Source: a bacterium
GTDB taxonomy: Bacteria > Patescibacteriota > Dojkabacteria > JAKAPS01
Direction of reading: 5' to 3'
NCBI GenBank assembly: GCA_021806925.1
Contig: JAKAPS010000005.1
Coordinates: 80 to 64,079 of the forward strand
DNA length: 64,000 nucleotides
Both the position numbers and the translations under genes were made by a program. Of the stretch, positions 53,752 to 64,000 are shown one piece after another (the stretch's first letter is position 1; each line of letters starts with the position of its first letter). The notes beneath the pieces were generated by a model. That model saw nothing but the letters and a program-made list of their open reading frames with translations. It was not told where the DNA came from and did not search any database.

Positions 53752-55395
53752 ATGAGTCATGAGATTATTACTACAAGACCTGAAATAAATACTACAGAAG
53801 AAATAGAAGCATTAAATGTTCTTATAAGATTGCTTGGAAAGGATGAAGAAAAAGATGAATTATACAAAAGATATAAAGATAGTGATAAAAAAAATCGTAA
53901 TAAAGCTATATTTGACACTTTGAACATTACAAAACCTAGTGATAGGAAATTCATTAGAGAAGTACTAGAAGCTACTGATCGTATAGAGCTCGCACAAGAA
54001 GGCAAAGATACCTCATATTTGATAGAAGAATATACAATATTAGAACAATTGCTAAGGAGAAATATAGCGATAATAAAGAGATATAATCCTACTATTAGTG
54101 ATATAGATGATGTTAATAAAGCCATCATCGATACACTATTAAATGATCCATCACTAAGTGGACTAAATGTTAATACAATAATCGAGGAATACTCTAAGTT
54201 TTACGCAAAGAAGAGGATACGTACAATTTTGGGCACAGTTATGGGAATATCTGGAATAGCATTTACAGGTGTAGGAATAGGGACAGGTTTATTTATTCCT
54301 TTTATTGCAAGTGTGGTTGTTTCATCTATAGCGATAGGATTGGTAGGATATGTTATTAAACATGATTATAATGAAAATCGTACTGCTATAGAAAAGAAAG
54401 AAGCAAAACCAATAAAACGTATATTTAGTAAATTTGCTCCTTTTTATCCAATGACAGGGATAAATGAGGCATTAAAAAAATTCACTAATCCTGATAGTAT
54501 AGAATCAACTGATAGAGAAATGATGTTTAATAATTACAATGAACTAAAAGAATTTGCTGAAAAATATGAAGGTGGTAATTTTGCTAATGATTTCGTTAAT
54601 AAATCCTTAAAATGTTTATCTGAGGAAAAAGTAATAAAAGGATTAGAGGCTCATTTAAATCAAGTTCATGACACAATGGAAGAGCTGCTGAAGGCAATTC
54701 CAGAAAGTATGATGGACAATAGACACAAAGAACTAATGAAGTTTGCAGCTAAAATTCATGACCTATTTAAAGGATTAACAACTGCTAAAGGACAAATAAC
54801 TGCGGACCACTACATACTATTAGCTAAATTTATTGAAGATAACTTTACGAATAAAGTAGTAGAGATGGAAGCTTTAAGTAATGGTGAAGTTGAATTCCTC
54901 GCTGATGTAATTAAAAATCATGAAAACATACATCATGAAAGTGAATGCCTTAAAGTAGCAATAGATGATACGACATATACAACACCTAACAGTAAAGGAC
55001 TCGCACGCATGTTTATACTTATAGCGGATGTCATTACAAATTCAGTAGTATTCAATGGTGAAAGTAGAAAAATAAAAGTAAGTGAAGAAACACTTTATAG
55101 ATATCTCGATTTGTGTAGCAGGCATATTAACCCTGAAACTAGAAAAATTTTTAGACCAGAATGGGTATCTATAACCGCAATAACCTTAATCAAAATTTTT
55201 GATAAATTAATTGAGAACGGTGTTAGTGTAGATACTAGCTATAGGTCAGACATATTAGATGGTGTAATTAATGTTATGAATAATGATATGAATAATCTAA
55301 ATAACAAATCTGAAGAAAGTAGAGTACAGACTGAACTTGCAAAACTGAAAGCCTTCAAGCAAACAACTGATAATCAATCTAATCAAAATCAATAG
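53752..55395 (+). CDS. hypothetical membrane protein (two central TM helices)
   Basis: 547 aa. Central hydrophobic hairpin ILGTVMGISGIAFTGVGIGTGLFIPFIASVVVSSIAIGLVGYVI. No domain recognised. Confidence 0.35.
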   Translation: MSHEIITTRPEINTTEEIEALNVLIRLLGKDEEKDELYKRYKDSDKKNRNKAIFDTLNITKPSDRKFIREVLEATDRIELAQEGKDTSYLIEEYTILEQLLRRNIAIIKRYNPTISDIDDVNKAIIDTLLNDPSLSGLNVNTIIEEYSKFYAKKRIRTILGTVMGISGIAFTGVGIGTGLFIPFIASVVVSSIAIGLVGYVIKHDYNENRTAIEKKEAKPIKRIFSKFAPFYPMTGINEALKKFTNPDSIESTDREMMFNNYNELKEFAEKYEGGNFANDFVNKSLKCLSEEKVIKGLEAHLNQVHDTMEELLKAIPESMMDNRHKELMKFAAKIHDLFKGLTTAKGQITADHYILLAKFIEDNFTNKVVEMEALSNGEVEFLADVIKNHENIHHESECLKVAIDDTTYTTPNSKGLARMFILIADVITNSVVFNGESRKIKVSEETLYRYLDLCSRHINPETRKIFRPEWVSITAITLIKIFDKLIENGVSVDTSYRSDILDGVINVMNNDMNNLNNKSEESRVQTELAKLKAFKQTTDNQSNQNQ

Positions 55396-55837
55396 ATTTT
55401 AGGATTTATAACGGATCTTTCGCAAAATTTTCACATGAAACATCCTGTTTGTATTGATATATATGGACAAAGAACAAATATTGCAAGAAATGTGTTGTCA
55501 CTAAATAATGGTATACAGAGTGAAAATTATATGCTATATTTTATATAAAATGATGAGATGTTTTCTTACAGAGAAAAGTGATTAATTCAATGAAATAAGC
55601 ATAAAACAGGGTTTGTAGTCACTAAAAAAATACATCCTGTTAACAAAAAAAGCTTAACATCAATATTAACGACATAATTTCAAACATTATCCTGCGGAAG
55701 ATCCGTTATAACTCAAGTTAAACAAACTTTACCCATTGTAAAAGTAGGAACGTTGATAAATCAATGAACATATTCCAAGTTTTGAAGGATAAGTAAAAAC
55801 ATTGACTAGATAGGATAAAGTGGGCAAAATTTAATTA

Positions 55838-56690
55838 TGACAAAAAAAAATTGCCCCAACTAAATGATAAGGAAATGTCATTCATAAATCAACTTTGTGA
55901 ATTTTTGCCTGACAGAAGGGCAGGCAAAAGAGGAACGAAGCCTATACCAAAACATATTCTAATACAAGAACTTTTCCTCCTAAATATGGATGGATTAAAG
56001 TGGAGCAGAATTAGACTGCTTCTACTGTAAGAAGATATATGGAGGAGTGTCAAAGAAGAGGAATGTATAAAAAGTTCTTCAATAATCTTAATAAAAATTT
56101 TAAAAAATACAGACCAAGTAAAAGTATTATAGATAGTACCTAAAAATTGAATCATTCAAGTTTAAAAGAGGAGTAGCATACAGTGGAAAAAGTCACAAAT
56201 ACGCATGTAAGATTACATAGGAACGTATCCCTTTAGGGAGTAGAAATTTAGGTACGTATCTCTAGCATAGAGAAATGAAGAATATATTCCATTGACAGTA
56301 ATATTTGCAAAAGGGTCAAGTGCTGAGTCACTGGTACTCCGCAGTGAGTAAAGGAACTTGATAAAGTACTTATAAAGCAAGATAAATTACCATATAACAT
56401 GTATTTGGATATGGGATATGAAAAGTATGAAAGAAGAAGAGAAATGAGAAAGAGAGGATGTAGAATTCATATGGAGCATAGGAACGTATCTCTTAAGAGA
56501 AAAGATTAAGAAAAATTCAAAAAAGAAGGGACCTAGATTTTCCTTTACTGACGAGAGCAAAGTACTCATGCTGAGTATAAGAAGATAAGGAAGAAAATTG
56601 AAACATTTTTTGCATTGGTACAGTCATTTTGGAGGATAAGATTTAGGAGAGAAAGAAAAAATTCATTGAGTTTTGTTGAATGAGTTCAAG
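55838..56690 (+). pseudogene. IS5/DDE_Tnp_1-like transposase remnant with multiple stops and frameshifts
   Basis: Fragments in three frames resemble IS5-type transposase blocks (…DRRAGKRGTKPIPKHILIQELFLLNMDGLKWSRI…, …DMGYEKYERRREMRKRGCRIH…, …FALVQSFWRIRFRRERK…). No intact ORF of 60 aa or more. Confidence 0.45.
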
Positions 56691-56746
56691 CTTTTCAGCT
56701 AAATATTACGCTTCTTCTTTTATTGCAATGACTATCCCTATCTTCA

Positions 56747-57223
56747 TTATTTCATAGTTGTGATATATGCAAGAACATCAAAATCGGGATCAAAAAACTC
56801 AATCATTTCCAAATCCGGACGATCAATAATTCTCAAATTATTTGGATTTTTCTCTAAAAAATTCTTTTTAAATAAGTTCACATCAGGAACATGGAAGTCA
56901 TTACATCCTACTTGCATTCTATATGGATCTGGCTGTCTTATACGAATAAGGGTCAGATCGTTATGTGGTAAATGGACGGGAACATGAAGGTTCACATATA
57001 TGCCATGATGTTGATCGTTATTAAACTCACCTAAAGTGAGCAGCAAGGTTTTTACATATTCGTATTCATCTTGGTAGTGAGAGAATATGGTTAACCCCTC
57101 AATTGGGAATTCCAAATTAGTAATTCTTTTACATAATTTTGTGGTATTTTCAGCAACATAATGAATAGCTTCTTTTAAAGTCTTTTCATCTCTTATTGGA
57201 CTAAATCGATATAATTTGCTCAT
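56747..57223 (-). CDS. hypothetical protein
   Basis: 158-aa ORF, His-rich. No family recognised. Confidence 0.3.
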   Translation of the reverse strand: MSKLYRFSPIRDEKTLKEAIHYVAENTTKLCKRITNLEFPIEGLTIFSHYQDEYEYVKTLLLTLGEFNNDQHHGIYVNLHVPVHLPHNDLTLIRIRQPDPYRMQVGCNDFHVPDVNLFKKNFLEKNPNNLRIIDRPDLEMIEFFDPDFDVLAYITTMK

Positions 57224-57467
57224 GGTTTATATACGCCTTTCTACAAAACATTTTAGACCAACTATATCATGAACCTTATGATCATAAAGATATGTCTTAA
57301 TCCAATATGTATATTCTATACCGTCCGATCTGACACAATCTTTTTTGAGATACGTTCTACCAATACCATAGTACACGCTACTTTATACGATGTCAACTAG
57401 CCGTGTTAGCCAAGACGTTTGTATTCAAAATACTCAATAGTAACACTCATTTTATATTTCATTTTTC

Positions 57468-58033
57468 TCACTTATTTTGAAGTCTATTCAAGAATTTGTT
57501 TAATTGTATTCTACTAATACCATATGACCTAATGGATACATGGGAATCAAGTTCACTATGAAAATCACTAACTCCTGTGAATATTATTCCATTGTTTTTT
57601 GCATATTCAGTTAATACTTCCCTTAATTCATTGCTGTTATTTCTTGGGTGGGTTAATTCAATCGCATCTAAACCAGAGATTATTAAATCAGTTATAACAG
57701 AAATAAATCTTTCCTTTCCAATTTTGTTATAGAATTGACCTGGATGTGCTATAGAAGTTATACCATTTGATTTTAGTTCATCTCTATTTGTAAATTTATT
57801 TGAGTATGCTAGTAAATGAATATCAACATCCATATATCTGGTTGAAAACCAATACCCTCTATGTATTTTACATCTCTTCCAGATGCAATTAATCTTGTAT
57901 TCTCAAATTCAGTTTCGTCTAATAGAAAATTATGATCAGTAATTGAAATTACTTTTATACCATAACCATATGCAATTTCGATTATTTCATGTGGCGTATA
58001 TATACCATCAGAATTTACTAAGTGAATTTGCAA
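57468..58033 (-). pseudogene. PHP-family metal-dependent phosphoesterase, frameshifted with a degenerate N-terminal His motif
   Basis: Two overlapping ORFs (57809-58033 and 57468-57833) together resemble a PHP domain (…IHLVNSDGIYTPHEIIEIA…ITDHN… then …IHLLAY…). The canonical HxH is replaced by HLV, and the reading frame breaks near 57809-57833. Confidence 0.45.
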
Positions 58034-58254
58034 ATCAGATATGTATTTTTTTATAGATGTAAATTAATATACTATAAAGACATGTAATGTATATATATAA
58101 ATATATAACTCATTTATTAAGATAGCAAAGTGTATTAAAAATGTATTAAATTATATGAAAAGTTTTTACCTTATTCAAAAAGAAGCATGCTACTTGTTTT
58201 ATAAGCAATCAGATACAATTATATTGTAAAAATAGTCGAATATAACTAGGAAAA

Positions 58255-60492
58255 ATGAAACAAAGATTAGCATATGACGTTATCTCTAATATATTTCCAG
58301 AATCAGATAATTTAGACGAAAGACTCGAATATATAAAGAAGTCGATGAATTCAATCAATTCATTTCAAGTAGTATGTGCAGTATTCAGTATTCGTCCTGA
58401 AGATATATTTATTAATAAAACCAGGATAGATGACGTAATCTACTATATTTCATCAGCAAACAATATACCTATAGAACAGGCTAAGGACATATATAGCACT
58501 GGTACGGAATCAATATCGACAATAATAGATTATGCACTTACGCATAATGTTTCTGATATATCTGGTGAAATAAATTACAGCAAGATAGTCGATATGGTTA
58601 TATATAACTTTAAACCATATCCCTCTTTACTAAATGATTCACATAAATATATCTCTGTTATGATGAAATTGTCCAGAGTTTACTCGCTTTATCAACAAAA
58701 TCTATATATTGATCAAACTACTCAGGCATTAAACAACAAATCAATTAAAGTCGAACAATCTGAAAGTATTTCAGTTAATGTAAATAGCAAATTACTTAGT
58801 TCTAATGCAAAACTTGTTATACATCTATCAATCAATGGGTTAAGTAGTTATCAAATAGAGAGAACTTTAATTGATAGGAAACTAGTATCATCACATGAAG
58901 AATGGATATCACTACTTGAAGAAATATATATGTCGAACAAGAATAATGAAATAAATGAATATTATAATAGCTCCAGTGGAACTAGGTATACTAAAGACCC
59001 AAATTTTGAATTATTTGTAAAAAAAATAAAAGAAATTGGTATAGAACGAAATAGGATAGTAACACTCGAAGAAATTATCAATACAGTATATAAAATATAT
59101 GTATCAGATGGCTCAATAAATATTGGACTTTCAAAAGACAGCTATAATCAATTAACAACAGTACTTAAAAAATTCAAAATTCTACTCAGTGACGAACTAT
59201 TAATTGAATTTCTCTTTAATCAAGGTGATATAACAATTGCAATCTACAGGAAAACTCTTGCAAATGCTTTAACAAAGGTAATTAAATATATAGGAATATC
59301 ACAAAATGACGTTAATGTTGTACAAACATCATCAATACATGATTTGCTTAAATTTACTACTGAGGAAATAAAATCAAAACAAGAAGGAACAAGAATAAGA
59401 ATACCCTTTTCAATATATGATGTGCGTGAGGAATTAAGGCAATTGCTAGTATCAACTGATTGGATAAAAAGATTTCCGCATACTAAAACGCTCTCACATT
59501 CTTCTATTGAATTTATAAATGAATTTCTTTTTGGCGAACATGAAAAACCTCTTTATGTAGTTTCAAAAGAATTTGGTCTATCAGCTCAACAAACGAATAG
59601 AATGCTTAGGAGACTTTTATTAGTAGTCAAAAGCTATGAATTATCAAAACAAGTTGTATTATCAAATAGATCTGAATCCAAATACATTACAAACATCAGG
59701 AAAATTATTGAATATTTCAGGGATATTAATGAATCAGAGTATATACTTTCTGCAATTCTTAGTTTAGCACAGCAAAAATATTTACAGCAGATATTCAAAT
59801 TCTTAAGAGAAAGGAAACAAATTGGAACATATGATAAAGATGGTACATATATTGAACCTGTTTCAAAACATATTATACAAGTTATTTTAAACAAAATTGA
59901 AATCAACAAGAATGATACAGTACCACTAAATGTATACAATTTTTTAGTGTATGCTTCAAGATTATCTAAAAATACAGAGATTGATATTAATAGGGCTCTG
60001 AAATATATACATAATCAATCAATGTATATACGTAGAAGAAGAATTCCTGAAAGCATATCATACGAAGGAAAGATAACGATACGCCCAATAGATTTTGCTT
60101 CAATAGCATTTAGAAATGCAATGCGGAATTTAGGGTTATCACCGTTTGAAACTGGTGGATTTAATTTCTGGCTACATGCTCTATCCGATTCAGGTATTGT
60201 TGGAACTTACGGATATAACCCATTAAGCAATGTTGAAAATAGGATGGATAATGTAAAAGAGTTTCTTCAAATTACACTTAAAAGATATACAGAAACATTT
60301 CCACATTCCAGAGGGATGAGATTGAAGAAATATTTAAATACTCTAAGAATCAAGGTTGGACTACATCAATTGAATAAAAGTAATAGCGATGTATCAATTA
60401 CAGAATTTATTGAAACCATAACAAATAGAAAAATTAATGCAGTTGAAGCATATGTCGCCATATGTATAGCAACAAAAACGAACCAAAATTAA
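58255..60492 (+). CDS. large hypothetical protein (745 aa) with an internal HTH-like segment
   Basis: No catalytic motifs recognised. The segment ...LYVVSKEFGLSAQQTNRMLRRLL resembles a sigma-region-4 / LuxR-type helix-turn-helix. Confidence 0.35.
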   Translation: MKQRLAYDVISNIFPESDNLDERLEYIKKSMNSINSFQVVCAVFSIRPEDIFINKTRIDDVIYYISSANNIPIEQAKDIYSTGTESISTIIDYALTHNVSDISGEINYSKIVDMVIYNFKPYPSLLNDSHKYISVMMKLSRVYSLYQQNLYIDQTTQALNNKSIKVEQSESISVNVNSKLLSSNAKLVIHLSINGLSSYQIERTLIDRKLVSSHEEWISLLEEIYMSNKNNEINEYYNSSSGTRYTKDPNFELFVKKIKEIGIERNRIVTLEEIINTVYKIYVSDGSINIGLSKDSYNQLTTVLKKFKILLSDELLIEFLFNQGDITIAIYRKTLANALTKVIKYIGISQNDVNVVQTSSIHDLLKFTTEEIKSKQEGTRIRIPFSIYDVREELRQLLVSTDWIKRFPHTKTLSHSSIEFINEFLFGEHEKPLYVVSKEFGLSAQQTNRMLRRLLLVVKSYELSKQVVLSNRSESKYITNIRKIIEYFRDINESEYILSAILSLAQQKYLQQIFKFLRERKQIGTYDKDGTYIEPVSKHIIQVILNKIEINKNDTVPLNVYNFLVYASRLSKNTEIDINRALKYIHNQSMYIRRRRIPESISYEGKITIRPIDFASIAFRNAMRNLGLSPFETGGFNFWLHALSDSGIVGTYGYNPLSNVENRMDNVKEFLQITLKRYTETFPHSRGMRLKKYLNTLRIKVGLHQLNKSNSDVSITEFIETITNRKINAVEAYVAICIATKTNQN

Positions 60493-60593
60493 AGAGTTAT
60501 ATATATTTTTTTTTAATATTTAAACAATCTGGTGAAAATAAGTTACAGATAAAAATTGATATTTTAATCATATGAATATAATATATATAGGTA

Positions 60594-62369
60594 ATGACTG
60601 TACTTGAAGCTTTAATAAGTTTAAAGAAATTAACTGATGGGGATGCTGAAAAAATAAAGCTTGAAAGCGTAAAACAAGGTATTCCTCCTGAAGCGATATT
60701 AATTTCAAGACACCTGGTAAGTAGTAATGACCTCACAGTAGCTAGAAGCGTATCATATAATATTCCGTTTATAGATTTATCCAAGATACAGATAAATAGG
60801 GAAGTACTTAATGTATTGGATGAAAAAAACGCAAGAAGTCATCAGTGCGTCATATTTGAATTGATTGATGATGGGTCTGTAAAGATGGCAATGGTTGATC
60901 CAATGGATATACAGTCGATTCGTTATCTTGAAAAATTAATATCAAAAAGAATAATTCCATATTTTGCATATAAAGAGCAGATACTTAACATATTAGAAAC
61001 GAAGTATGGAGCTCAGATCGAGAGTAAAGTAGTAGGGGATATAGAACAAGCACATAAGGAAGGTATCTTCCAGCTTGAGGAGGATAAGGATGCAAGACTT
61101 GAGTTAATTGCCTCTAATTCTTCAATGGCTCCTATTGTAAAGATAATAAATACTGTACTTGATTTTGCACTAAAAGCAAAAGCATCTGATGTACATATTG
61201 AACCTCTAAAAGATAGACTTCGATTTAGATTTAGAGTAAACGGTATTCTTGTTGAAAAGTTGTCTATACCAATAACATTCCACGCACCTATTGTATCTAG
61301 GATAAAAATAATGAGCAGGCTTAAGATTGATGAAAAAAGAATACCACAAGACGGTAGATTTGATTTAAAAACTACAGATAGTGGAGATGTTGACGTTAGG
61401 GTATCAACACTACCTGCAAATTATGGTGAAAAGATTGTATTAAGGTTATTGAAAAAAACAGGAGGTATCCCCAAACTTGATGATGCTGGACTTAGAGGTA
61501 GCGCATATAAAGTGTATATGGAATCTCTAAAAGCAACATCTGGAATTGTGCTTGTTACAGGACCTACTGGAAGCGGTAAGACACAAACTCTTGCAAGTTC
61601 TCTTTCCATACTTAACAAAGAAGCTGTTAACATTGTATCAATTGAAGACCCTGTAGAAATAGTAATTGATGGAGTCAACCAGGTTCAGGTAAATAATGAA
61701 GCCGGATTAACTTTTGCATCAGCTCTAAGGTCTTTTTTAAGACAGGATCCTAATATAATAATGGTAGGGGAGATACGTGATGAGGAAACTGCACGTCTTG
61801 CAACACAAGCTGCCCTAACAGGGCATCTTGTATTATCAACAATTCATACTAATAGTGCTGCAGGTGCTTTACCAAGATTAATGGATATGGGTATAGAAAC
61901 ATATCTTATCTCATCTACTGTTGATGTGGTTGTAGCCCAAAGGCTAGTAAGAGTATTGTGTGAAGACTGCAAAGCTCATTTTTCTGCAAGTGATGAAGTA
62001 AAAGTTGATATATTAAAAATGATAGGAGCTCTTAGCAGTTTTGATGTTAACAGTATTGCAAAGAATACAGCAGAAAAGCTGAAAGAAAAATTTCCAGAAG
62101 AGAACATTGATACAGATAAGATATATATGTATAAACCTGTTGGGTGTGCTAAATGTAATAACACTGGATACACAGGTAGAATTGGAGTATTTGAAGTATT
62201 AAAGATAACTCCTGAGATATCTCAGATGATAATAAAGAGATTGAGTGACAAGGATATTGAAAATAGGGCAAAAGAGAATGGCATGATAAGTATGTTGCAG
62301 GATGGATTACTCAGAGTACTGGAAGGAACGACTACTCTTGAAGAAGTTATAAGAGTTTTGAAAGATTAA
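60594..62369 (+). CDS. pilB: type IV pilus assembly ATPase PilB (GspE family)
   Basis: N-terminal GSPII_E_N domain, Walker A GPTGSGKT, Asp box, His box and a tetracysteine motif (CEDCK...CAKCNNTGY). Confidence 0.85.
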   Translation: MTVLEALISLKKLTDGDAEKIKLESVKQGIPPEAILISRHLVSSNDLTVARSVSYNIPFIDLSKIQINREVLNVLDEKNARSHQCVIFELIDDGSVKMAMVDPMDIQSIRYLEKLISKRIIPYFAYKEQILNILETKYGAQIESKVVGDIEQAHKEGIFQLEEDKDARLELIASNSSMAPIVKIINTVLDFALKAKASDVHIEPLKDRLRFRFRVNGILVEKLSIPITFHAPIVSRIKIMSRLKIDEKRIPQDGRFDLKTTDSGDVDVRVSTLPANYGEKIVLRLLKKTGGIPKLDDAGLRGSAYKVYMESLKATSGIVLVTGPTGSGKTQTLASSLSILNKEAVNIVSIEDPVEIVIDGVNQVQVNNEAGLTFASALRSFLRQDPNIIMVGEIRDEETARLATQAALTGHLVLSTIHTNSAAGALPRLMDMGIETYLISSTVDVVVAQRLVRVLCEDCKAHFSASDEVKVDILKMIGALSSFDVNSIAKNTAEKLKEKFPEENIDTDKIYMYKPVGCAKCNNTGYTGRIGVFEVLKITPEISQMIIKRLSDKDIENRAKENGMISMLQDGLLRVLEGTTTLEEVIRVLKD

Positions 62370-62399
62370 TTTATTATGTGTTAATATATATTTAGAAAT

Positions 62400-63443
62400 A
62401 TGGATGATTTATTAGATATAGTTATAAAAAGAAATGCATCTGATTTACATTTAGTTGCAACGTATCCGCCGATTATTCGTGTTGACGGCTCTCTTGAATA
62501 CATAAATTCTACAGAATTGACTAAAGAAGTAATCGAATTACAGTTAAAATCCTTACTTAATGAAGAGCAAAAAAAGATACTTGATGAATATAAGGAATTA
62601 GATCTTGTATATGCTCATAAATCTGGAAATAGATTTAGAATAAATATTTTTTATGAAAGGGGAAATCTTTCAGGAGCTTTTAGATTAATTCCTACTTCAA
62701 TAAAATCAGTTGAAGGATTAGGACTTCCATCTATTCTTCATGAATTCACAAGATTGAAGCAAGGATTTATTCTTGTGACAGGACCAACTGGACATGGAAA
62801 AACAACAACAGTTGCATCAATATTGCAGGAAATTAATGATAAGTATCCTAGAAATATAATTACAATTGAAGATCCAATTGAATACATATTTCCGAAATCA
62901 AAGGCATTAGTATCTCAAAGGGAGCTTGGTAGAGACACTTTAAGCTGGGATAATTCTCTAAAGAGTGTTCTAAGAGAAGATCCTGACATTGTTTTTATAG
63001 GTGAGATGCGTGATTTTGATACAATATCAAGTGCAATTACAATTGCAGAAACTGGACACCTTGTATTTGCAACTCTTCACACAAATAGTGCATCTCAAAC
63101 AATTGACAGAATAATTGATGTATTCCCAGAGAATCAACAAAACCAGGTCAGAAGTCAACTAGCAAGTATCATTGAATGTATAATATCTCAAAGGCTTATT
63201 GAGTCAAATAAAGGAGGTAGAGTTGTAGCAAGTGAAGTACTTTTAGCAACACCTGCTGTAAGAAATATTATACGTGAGGGTAAGACTTATCAAATTGATA
63301 ATGTAATTCAAACATCATCAGACCTTGGTATGATTTCACTTGAAAGATCTCTTGTTTCTCTTGTTAAAGAAGGGAAAATCTCTATTGAAAAAGCTCAACA
63401 AGTAGCTAGCAGACCTGATGAAATATTGAGATTGTTTAGATAA
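62400..63443 (+). CDS. pilT: twitching-motility retraction ATPase PilT
   Basis: Walker A GPTGHGKTTT, the EDPIE Walker B and the PilT C-terminal AIRNLIRE-like motif (AVRNIIREGK). Confidence 0.85.
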   Translation: MDDLLDIVIKRNASDLHLVATYPPIIRVDGSLEYINSTELTKEVIELQLKSLLNEEQKKILDEYKELDLVYAHKSGNRFRINIFYERGNLSGAFRLIPTSIKSVEGLGLPSILHEFTRLKQGFILVTGPTGHGKTTTVASILQEINDKYPRNIITIEDPIEYIFPKSKALVSQRELGRDTLSWDNSLKSVLREDPDIVFIGEMRDFDTISSAITIAETGHLVFATLHTNSASQTIDRIIDVFPENQQNQVRSQLASIIECIISQRLIESNKGGRVVASEVLLATPAVRNIIREGKTYQIDNVIQTSSDLGMISLERSLVSLVKEGKISIEKAQQVASRPDEILRLFR

Positions 63444-63467
63444 TTATTTATTTTATTAATAGTAAAA

Positions 63468-64000
63468 ATGATTTTATACAACTATAAAGGAAAAAATAAG
63501 AAAGGGGAGTCAGTCAGTGGAGTTATTGAAGCAAGGGATGAACAAGCAGTTGCTGATGAACTAATTGAAAAAGGTATAATTCCAATAAAGATAAGAAAAC
63601 AACAGGAATTTATTCATGTACTAGATAATTTATTTAATTCTAAGCCGGTATCTATTAAAGAGAAGGTTATATTTTACCGTGAATTCTCTACAATGATATC
63701 AGCAGGGCTTCCAATTGATGATTCTATTGAAGTTGTGCTAAACCAGTCAACAGACCAAAATTTTAAACATTTACTAACCGATATATTAAAGCTTATTAAA
63801 ACAGGTAGTAATCTATCAGATGCACTTAGTAAGTACCCAAAGGTATTCACATCTGTAGAAATAAACCTAATTAGGGCATCTGAAGCATCAGGAAAGCTTG
63901 AAACTGTTATAGCTAGACTTGCAGACGATGTAGAACAATCATCGATACTTCAAGGTAAAATTAAAGGGGCATTATCATACCCAATATTTGTTATTGTCAT
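63468..64000 (+). CDS. pilC: type IV pilus inner-membrane platform protein PilC (GspF family), 5' partial in window
   Basis: The N-terminal cytoplasmic domain has the typical Y.Y.G....G...G...A.....EA..L...GI.P motif. The gene runs off the window end. Confidence 0.75.
   Translation, partial: MILYNYKGKNKKGESVSGVIEARDEQAVADELIEKGIIPIKIRKQQEFIHVLDNLFNSKPVSIKEKVIFYREFSTMISAGLPIDDSIEVVLNQSTDQNFKHLLTDILKLIKTGSNLSDALSKYPKVFTSVEINLIRASEASGKLETVIARLADDVEQSSILQGKIKGALSYPIFVIV

Overview
This is a very AT-rich window (roughly 28-30% GC) from a compact bacterial genome that uses the standard genetic code; long ORFs such as the 1056-aa PBP1A and 1075-aa GyrB are intact with UGA as a stop. Most of the window is housekeeping operons and a split type IV pilus (T4P) system, interrupted by accessory islands. 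The housekeeping genes are: tig-clpP, tRNA-Val(GAC), trxB, a UvrD-like helicase/nuclease, tmk, infC-rpmI-rplT-pheS-pheT, PBP1A, recG, rsmD, rpmF-nusB-rnc, rpsP plus a KH protein, a holB-like gene, and gyrB (with an intein)-gyrA. The pilus genes sit on the minus strand at 37.8-45.2 kb (pilM, pilO, pilN, a CheY-like receiver, four minor pseudopilins, pilD and two pilins) and on the plus strand at 60.6-64 kb (pilB-pilT-pilC). The most interesting region is at 2.1-9.3 kb, immediately 3' of tRNA-Val. There, about seven copies of a ~40-bp repeat with a 15-bp palindrome core separate single-gene cassettes: VOC/PhnB-like, DUF4287, GNAT, the HicBA toxin-antitoxin pair, a decayed NYN gene and a metallophosphoesterase. 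Six copies are direct, each lying a fixed ~8-23 nt after the preceding stop codon and ~104 nt before the next start; one inverted, diverged copy abuts the tRNA. A GC-richer IS66-family element is inserted in this array. Other notable regions are an orphan Fic protein with a Doc-type (HxFxNGNKR) motif preceded by TAGAC iteron-like repeats; a three-gene module of a GCS2-like amidoligase plus two secreted proteins that share a C-terminal domain; a tmk gene frameshifted in a (TA)7 tract; and a decayed patch between gyrA and pilB holding an IS5-like transposase remnant and a PHP pseudogene.
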